Below, piece by piece: positions 51,801-60,000 of a stretch of DNA of 60,000 nucleotides. The DNA is from Botryllus schlosseri (taxonomy: Eukaryota). The notes below the pieces were generated by a model. That model was not told the DNA's origin and did not search any database. It saw only the letters and a program-made list of their open reading frames with translations. The position numbers were made by a program, and so were the translations under genes. The DNA lies in assembly GCA_051294905.1 (NCBI GenBank), contig CM119372.1, positions 6,264,001-6,324,000 on the forward strand, given 5' to 3'. Position 1 is the first letter of the stretch. Each line of letters starts with the position of its first letter.

Positions 51801-53269
51801 GTTTTCGATTTCCTGTTTGCATTGTTTCAATCAATATTCAATATCATCCTGTGAGTGGATAATATTATCGGAGTTTTTCGAACCAGATCACGGCCAGACC
51901 TGGAATCCGGCATGGAAGTTGAACCGGAGTCGGACAAGAGCTTTAAAAACAGGATCGGAGTAGGACTAGAGAATTTGTCGATCCGCTCCGCACTATAGTA
52001 CCTAGGCTCCTCGTCGCAATACAATGCGCATAAGAGGTGTCTTACAAAATTATAGACCAGTGTTGCCCAAACCTTTTTACATAACGCCCGCTTGGCTAAT
52101 AATCCCTGTACCAAACACCCCCATACCCGTAAGACCGACAAAAAGTTGTTTTGTTTAATGCTTAATTCTCATGTAAAGACGTTAGTACTTATGGTCTTTT
52201 CAAGTTAAAATGCAGCACGTTACACAATTTCAAAGTCACAACGCTGTAGAGATCTCAGGACAGACACTATCAAGGAATAAAATCGAGAAAGTCAATGTCC
52301 CTCCAAACGTCATTGCACTTCATTGTGATGCATTGAACATACTTGTTCTACTGGCGTTTATAAATGTGTGTACAAAAGGCCTCGCTGGCTAAGAATTCTG
52401 TTCTCTATGGTTGATGGGTTAGAAAACTCAATATTTCATGCCAATGAACATCTATGTAGATTGTGTGGAACGTAAGTGACTATTTCAAAGTGAATGCGCC
52501 TTGTACAACAGCGACCGACGAGACCACACATTCATATGTCTCTTCTTAGTGCACAAATATAGATAATAATAAGAAATTCCCCACACTGATTTCTATAGTG
52601 TGTAACGCCCTCTTTTGCTGCCCCCAATCGCCCAGCTTTTAACTAGCGCCCCCTTCGAGGTCGCTAACGCCCCCAGGGATGACGGAAAGTGAATTATGCT
52701 ATAAATCGTCATGTCAGAAATCATAGCGACATCGGTCTGGTGCAAAATGATCATATATGTCGAAACACCATGAATTCAGTCAAAGAAAAATAGCACAAGT
52801 TGGAGCCGCTTCAACTTACAACCATTGCTGAGGTGGAACTTGCCCTGCGGAGTACAGGCGCTCGCTGCGTGTTGTGAATATCGTCGTGGCATATCGAATT
52901 CGGTAGCCTAATTTGCTTGAATTTTGCGGGGAGAATGTTACGTTGCCGTTATGAGTAAGCGGATTAACCAACGACGATATTTCCGCCAACAGACCGCGAA
53001 ACATGTATTCTGCAGACGCCAAATTAAGATAAAAGGTAGCTCTGCCGAATGGACCAACGCGCTGCAGTTGCGAAATGAATATCCCAGACAGGTGAGCAGG
53101 CGGATTCATATTTTCGCCGTCGCAAACCACACTATAGAAGGGTTGTATTTCTGCTTTGCAGACGCGGCATCTCTGCTTCTTGTGCGAATTGGCGAGGTTT
53201 TCGAAACAACTACAGTATGCGCTGGGAAGCTGCGGTCGCCGACAGTCGCGAAGTCACACGGGGGTCTGA
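45882..53269 (+). CDS. Putative long-chain four-helix-bundle cytokine (IL-6/G-CSF family-like); 5' end unresolved
   Basis: Phase-consistent exons 45882-45964, 46065-46200, 48105-48164, 50490-50636, 52993-53091 and 53162-53269, all with canonical GT/AG, give a 210-aa ORF. It has amphipathic helices, 9 Cys, two N-glycosylation sequons, and a C-terminal LQLRNEYPRQTRHLCFLCELARFSKQLQYAL resembling IL-6 helix D. The gene model is well supported; the family call is by eye. Confidence 0.65.
46278..48043. mobile_element. hAT MITE with a nested MITE, in an intron of the cytokine-like gene
   Basis: CAGGGGTGTCAAAC..GTTTGACACCCCTG; inverted copy of the 29676-30508 family. Confidence 0.78.
46578..47290. 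mobile_element. hAT MITE
   Basis: Perfect TSD CTTTAATA; inverted copy of 33571-34280. Confidence 0.85.
48692..49259. mobile_element. hAT-like MITE rich in GACTCG/GACTTG repeats
   Basis: CAGGGTTGTAA..TTACAACCCTA termini; dense TGACTCGAGTCA subterminal arrays. Confidence 0.75.
51410..52780 (+). mobile_element. Diverged SINE family A copy interrupted by two DNA transposons
   Basis: Head with CTGCAAAACC..GTTCGAGTC; resumes at 51998 and again at ~52730 (ATCGGTCTGGTG..CACCATGAAT). Confidence 0.6.
51532..51995. mobile_element. hAT-like MITE with CCGGA repeats
   Basis: TAGGGCGGAGC..GCTCCGCACTA; GTACCTAG duplicated at 51524-51531 and 51998-52005. Confidence 0.75.
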
Positions 53270-55093
53270 TCATCTTTTGACAGCGTATTTATCTAGTCTA
53301 GCAAACCTGTGCAAGTGTACAAATGTGCGCGTTAGAGTATATTCTATAGCGCCATCGTTTTCCGCTTTTTTGGATAGTTAGCACTCCTGTATACTCCATG
53401 TCGTATGTACTTTCATGTCATTTTTACGGGTTACATTTCTGCATGGAGAGATCAATATCAGTCGACTATGTTTAGAGTTGAAGTCCGTTTCCTTTGCAAG
53501 CTTGTTTTAGATTGGCTTTGTTCTTGTTACATTCCAACAATTTGCTGCAATATACCTGTTGCATGATTTTCTGCCGCGTTCTACTCGTAACAGGCTGACA
53601 CTGCTCAGCGGTCGTCGCTCGTCGTAGAATTAGGGAAGAAGTATGATGAAGCATTACCATCATCAACATCTGCGTCGTTAGAGCTGTATCGGATTGACAT
53701 TAACATGACTAGCCGCACCCAGTCGTGCAGAAATAGATCATGCGAAAATGACAAAATACACTCTGCCCTCTGACCTTTCTATTTCTACCAAGAAAACAGA
53801 ACCTATGGAGGTTCAATACTTTGGTAGTAAGTCAGTTTCAGTAGGAATATCGTCATTATACATTGAGATCGTATCATGCGGATCTTCGCCGTGCTTGGCG
53901 ATATCAATTATTTGGTAATTGAGTCAAGACGTGATCAATGGATGGTGACGGGAAAGGAATGTTAAAATGAATACTGCACCAGTGTAGACATAAACTGCGT
54001 GCTGGTTCTCGTCTACGCATCATTTACATTATGTATATATCATTTGTAAAATATTCGCAGTGAACACGAACATATCGCAGTGGTGAGATAGCGTAGCGGT
54101 AATCTGCACAGGCGGAGTGGAGTACCTTCTGGTGGGAGTTCGTGTCCGAGAGAGTGCAACTCCAGAATACCTGCCCTTGCACCCCAGCGGTACAAATGCG
54201 ACCAACATGTACAGTACACCCCTTGAAAAATGCTCGAACATAGGTTAGGGTGTACGTTTCGTCTGTTCCGTGTGGCTGTTTCCAAAGTCCTTTTGAGTAG
54301 CGTCAATATCTGAGTTTAAAAAAAAACACAACCTCAGGAATAGTCTTAACCATGTGGTATGACCATGGTCTAACATGTATTTATTTCTCTTAAAATTTCG
54401 AACACACCACCTCCATCAGCTCTACCGGTAAGACGGATCACTTGGTTGAGAGATCAGAAATTTATAGTCATAAATGCCAGAATCCATATTATTGACAAAA
54501 TTGATTCAATATCCATAAAAACGAATTGCACACTGATTTTCATAGCAGTAAGAATCTCGACTTTGGTGCTTATAGTGAGGCACCAGAAATATATATATCA
54601 CATGTCCTGCGTACGCCAATCCGGCTCGTTCGAGCGTCGGGTAATAGAAGAGTTTGCCACGGAAAGGGTTTGTGTTTGTTAATTGGATATGGGTAACGAT
54701 TAGGGTTAGGATAGCTTTGACAGCCAGGCTTACGGACAGGTGCAACTTAAAAACGCCGTAAATGACGTGAAATCTGTAATGCGGCTGTTCGGACGGGTCT
54801 TTCGGGTGCAGAACTGGGAAATGGCTTTGTTTTTAGTCAACATAACAGCAGTATTATTATAAAGTGGGGCATTCGGAAGTCGAGTCGGTAAATCGACTTT
54901 TTTTTAGTGGACACAGCATATTTTCCCGTAAAAGTTCTATATTCGGCAGTTTTCTAGCCCGGTAATCTAACTTTTGTCATTTATGAAAAGTGTCCTACTT
55001 TTCCTTATCCCAAAATATGGTAACCCTAGTAGTCATGAAATTACCTGGAAAGGAAAGGGGAGTCTGGGGTAGGTCGAGTCCCCCACAGGTTAA

Positions 55094-55250
55094 GTTGTTG
55101 GTGTTTGTGGTATACATGGTATTATTCGACTACATGGTCATTTACACCATGCCGAAGTCATGTATTATCACTCAGTAACTGTCGACTTGTATTACGGCCC
55201 AATTTCTAGGCTTTTTAAGACACCGCCTACGCAGATCGGATGGCGAGGAG
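55094..55250 (-). mobile_element. SINE family A, 3' fragment
   Basis: Matches the body and tail of 21151-21434. Confidence 0.7.
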
Positions 55251-56103
55251 GCACATGTTACATTAAACACCCTATGAGAGCAACGACCAAAGTTTTTTGT
55301 GGGATGAATATGGATTTGAACCGGTTGAATGTGTTACACAATATTAGCGCTGCATTTTCTAAAGCGGAACCAAACATGGTCGCGCTGGTCGCACAGAAGC
55401 AGCTGCACACGTCACATTGGCCGTTGTTAGAAGACCGTTACTTTATTTATTTTAAGTTTCAGAACGAATGTTCAAGGGCAGTTCTTCCCAACCTTTTTCA
55501 GCTCGCAATCAACTTTTCATCCAAATTTCGTTGCGCGGCCTACGAGACCACTCTTTCACGAATAACGTTTTAAACACTGCTCGTGGGGTCCAGTTTCTAT
55601 GTTGTTAGTGTGTTATAGTTATCTGATCGCGGCTAGCGTGAACATTATGCGGAATTAATGATTGAATTCGGTCGATGATTTTGGCAATTACATATATTAC
55701 TATAATTTTTGTTCTCTCTCAGCCCACGTGATTTTACATGTAGGAGGTGGTGTCTTTGAAACTTTCGGGCACATAATTATTTAATATTTATAATAACATC
55801 TTCCGGCGGGACCGTTGTTAGTAATTACTTGTCGCAAATTTCATATGTCTTGGTATGTCGTGATGTCGCAATGGCTGACACTGAAATGACTATTTATATA
55901 AATTATGCGTATTTACAATTACAATTACAATTACAATTAAGATATCTAATGACGTTAAATCGCGTAAGGCTGGAAGAAAATTTTTTCCAACGTTGAATAA
56001 CTCTCCAAATAAATACCCCATATTTATGTTGATTCATTCGATCATTTTGACACCCCTCTTCGGTTTGAGGTGCGGCATGTAACATATGACCACAAACGGG
56101 GAG

Positions 56104-56277
56104 TGTTTATCTAAGCTCCTCCTCGCCATCCGATCTGCGTAAGCGGCGTCTTAAAGAAGCCTGAAAGTGGGCCGTGCTCTCAGTCGGCAGATGCGGCATC
56201 ATATTAAAGAATATCGGCCTGGTGCAAATGACCATTGTAGTCGAAAAACATCATGAACGCCACAAACAACAACAAAC
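56104..56277 (+). mobile_element. SINE family A, 3' fragment
   Basis: CTCCTCCTCGCCA..GGCCTGGTG..CCACAAACAACAAC. Confidence 0.72.
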
Positions 56278-57143
56278 GAGAAAGCAGGTATCCAATTGGA
56301 AATTTGTCTTTTACATCGAACACAAAGTGGTTGTGCGTAACTTGTGGCGCTGCAATTGTTTGCTGATTATAACGACAAATCAGGCTGGAGTGCTGCATTT
56401 CTCTATCAACGTTCGCAAAGCATTTGAAGGAAATAATAAATTCCAAGTCTTGGGCATACACAATAATGCACTGTCCGATTTCACTCTCCAATCAAAATAC
56501 CTCTCACGAAAACCTGGCTAACGAATTATTGTGAGCACAGGAACGTGGCTTGAGGCATTCATGGCGCAATATAATTTGGAGGCGAACGTGTATTTGCACG
56601 TCTAATCTTGAGAAGATAAGTGTTTGGAACATTTGGCAAATCTAACAAGAAACTTTAAAATTTAGAAATTCTTCGCGACTCACCTGAAATAGCTTCGCGA
56701 CCCCCCGGTTGGAAAGCACGGTTCTTGGGAAAGGCGGGTGTCTGATTGAAAGACTACTCTCTGTCGTTTCGACACCCCATTGTTTGTCATCGTATCGCAA
56801 CCTTGTGGTGTTTTGAAATAATTAAAATGATAATACAACGAACCAGAACCTGAACATGACTCTTAGCTATTTAAATAATTCCATATATATGTTTAAGCAA
56901 ATTACTCAAGAGTCGAGTTAAGAAAATTGAGAATGGAACCTCTGAATGCATTGCAGTCTCGACCCGATTCAGTTACTAAGCTGATGAACTACAGTAGGGG
57001 TCGGCAACCGCCGGCACTCGTGCCATCTGTGGCACGCGAGATTATTTTTCATGGCACGCCAAATGATTTGACGCACACGACATATTATAACCATGTTGCA
57101 AAACATGTAACATAAGTTTTCAACATGGGAGAAGCTCGTAGAC

Positions 57144-59273
57144 TAGGGTTGCCATACGTTCGGAATTTCCCGGGCATGTCCGGAATTTCACTGTTCAAAC
57201 TGGCGTCCGGGAGGAATTCTGAAATATGCCAAAATGTCCGGAATTTTGAAGGCTTGAAATAGGATCATTTTTTTTGTTCGTAGATCAACATAAACGATAT
57301 TATTTTTTGGGCAGAATTACGCCACTTTGAGTTTTTCTTCGCGCTGCGCGCGATTTAGCGTCACATTCGTTGATTTTAATATGAGTACCACTGCCCTCGC
57401 AAAACATGCAATGAAAAATTATAAAAAATAACCCCCATTTACCGAAATAGGTCTAATTGTAATCGCAATTAAAGGAGAACGGTATATTGCTAGAGTTGGA
57501 AGGCCATTTAGATGCTTTAGTCGAAGATAGTGGCTATAAACCTTGGGGTCGTTTGCCTTTATTCTAGGGTTCGAGAAGATGTTGAACGTAATCAGCTTCC
57601 AAAATAGGTCGTGAGTAAGTCCGGGCAAAGGTGCTGACCGGTTTTCAGTAATCATCTTATCAAATTTTGAGCTGGGACACAGAACATATTCAAATTAGAA
57701 ATGGAATCGCGACCATCAAAAGTTGAAAACCACCGGATGGGCAACCTACTGTTACTGGTGCGTCCCGACATTTAGGCTCATAGATAGTCCTATCCGCGTG
57801 ACACGACATGACTTTACGATGTATAATTACGTTCCCTGCATTTTCGAAGTCGTAATGTTCCACCAGCTCTACCGCTAACTATGTTCATGTGCGCGGAGAG
57901 AGGTTAAAAGTAGGGATGGTGTGAACGTGAGGTTCACGTTCGCGTTCTGTGTGTGAACCTCGGAAATTTTGAGGTTCGCGTTCACAACAGAACCTTGATA
58001 GGTTCTGCACTGTGAACCTTTTTCATATATATTACAATTTTCACTCCATTATAACTTATTTGGTTCACATTTATTGCATTTCAACTGCGAACCGCTCTAT
58101 GCATGGCACTGGCAGCATAAACGATCAACACCTGGACAATTTCAAAAATTTTACTTACTTTCTAACAAAAGTTTGCTCGAAATATCCAGCTTTCCGTTTC
58201 TGAATATTTAGTGACTCTCTGCTGTGAGCTTGACCGGCAATCACACAATATCAAGAGCGAAATACACTACATGTAGATAGCGAATGATGCTTATTCAATT
58301 GATATCGTTTTCTGATGTAAAAATCTAGTATCGTACGGGGTCAATCTTGTCTTCACATGTTTGCTGTATCATAAAAACCAAATCCGTGCGATTAGGGTGT
58401 TGGCTATTGTTGTATAACTTGTTAATGGAGTAATAGTGGTAGCAAGTATAGAAACCCGTTTTACACTCTGCGCAATATCCATGTAGCAATACTCAAACGC
58501 CGAATACATTTTCGGGTCTGGCCTAGACCGTTAAGGCGTAAGCTTACAGTGCCTGGCAAGTCCTCGTCGAAATTGTTGGCGAAGCGACGGAAAATATTGA
58601 TTTATGGGATTATTATATCATTTGATTGCCTCAGTTGATAAATTTAGCGACGTTTAAAACGTCAATATGTACTTCAGCATTGTGCCATTATGTGGCCCGA
58701 ATCGTCGCTCGGTATATCGTGTACATTATTATAGGCTATCACTTCATTGAAATATAGGGTTGGAATTAGCAATATGACGTCACGTGACGTCATGAGGTTC
58801 ACGTTCGCGTTCACACAGAACCTTTCAATAAGGTTCGCGTTCACACGAACTTGAACCTTTTAGAGGTTCACACCATCCTTAGTTAAAAGTTTATAGTAAT
58901 ATATGGAAGAATCCATATTATAGAATAGACAGATTTAATTCACAAAATTAAACGACCAGATGCATATAGAAACCAGATGCATATAGTAAGCCCCCCACAA
59001 GTGGCATCGATTACCATATGGTGGGCTCAAGAGTCGTGTCTATTTGGATGGGAGTGGGCTGAAAAATGATTTTTCGGTCCTGGCGGCAACACAAAACCAC
59101 ATAAATGAACCGACGTAGCATTTTAGCGGCTCCTGATGCGGATCGTGTCGATTGGCGAAGCTTTGCTAGTGTGACGTCACATTGACAAACAATTTGTTAT
59201 ATTTCATTTTAAAATGCGCTAGTGGGCGCTAAAGAGTGTCCGGAATTCGTCCCGCCTAAATATGGTAACCCTA
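57144..59273. mobile_element. hAT-like element hosting a nested MITE
   Basis: TAGGGTTGCCATA..TATGGTAACCCTA; perfect TSD TCGTAGAC. Confidence 0.82.
57911..58881. mobile_element. hAT-like MITE
   Basis: TAGGGATGGTGTGAAC..GTTCACACCATCCTTA; perfect TSD GTTAAAAG. Confidence 0.85.
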
Positions 59274-60000
59274 TCGTAGACGACCCAAAATTATTTCGTA
59301 AATGAACATAAAACAGCCCCTTTTGGGAAGATTTTATTTTTCTTTTAATTTTTTTCCGCGCTTCGCGCGATTTACCGGGACCTAATTTCTTCTGCACTGC
59401 TTCGGTATTCCCCATATATCGAGAAATGATCCCCATGAAACCAATACCTGTTTCCAATGAACATGTGAAATTTATAAACGTCAAAGTGAATTGTTTTTCG
59501 CGTTAGGATTTGGGTTGGGTGGGGGAGACGAATATTAGAGATGGGGTGGGAGATATTAGGGTTGGGGGAGTTTTTTTTGGCATTTTAAAGATTTTATTTT
59601 TGGCAATTTTGGCATCCCCATGAATTCATATTTATATACTCGAATGAACCATGTAAATCGCTTCACTTTGGTCTTTCTTATGAAACGGAAGTTACAATAC
59701 ATGCATTATTGATATCCTGCCAGCGAGATTTAAAACCGAATGGAAAACGATGTTGAAGACCAAATTTACCAGATACAAAACCGAGTGCTTCTGTAATATA
59801 TATTCTCAATAGTCGATTCGCTATGCGTACAACATTACCGGCATTCATACAGGTCACAAGACTCACGACAACAATTTAAAAGGGTTTCTGATATGTATGG
59901 ATAGCAGCCTTCACCACCCCATCAAATGGTTAGAAATCATGAGTGACTTTAATAATCAATACAATATGAAATATGATCCACCCGGCAATAAAAAACTACG

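Noticed and set aside
51323..51834. 125-142 aa overlapping ORFs
   Set aside because: They span SINE and GC-rich MITE sequence.
52816..53130. 104-aa minus-strand ORF with an FN3-like GYRIRY
   Set aside because: It is antisense to two well-formed plus-strand exons and has no convincing partner exons.

Overview
Eukaryotic (animal) genomic DNA that is AT-rich, intron-rich (many 60-100 bp introns) and dense in small transposons. It looks like an invertebrate, possibly an ascidian or other invertebrate chordate, but the taxon is an inference only. Three spliced genes were reconstructed by hand from GT-AG sites and reading phase. (1) A minus-strand secreted follistatin/Kazal multi-domain protein (agrin/tomoregulin-like), from ATG 10581 to beyond the left edge, with unusual acidic and polybasic/furin-site insertions inside its domains. 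(2) A plus-strand GT10 alpha-1,3-fucosyltransferase (21846-28349) whose conserved TEK motif reads TYK. (3) A plus-strand six-exon gene (45882-53269), only partly visible in the ORF track, whose ~210-aa product looks like an IL-6/G-CSF-type long-chain four-helix cytokine; this is the top finding. The rest is hAT, P-like, Merlin-like and Chapaev-like non-autonomous elements (often nested, many with intact TSDs), two tRNA-derived SINE families, LINE remnants and simple repeats.
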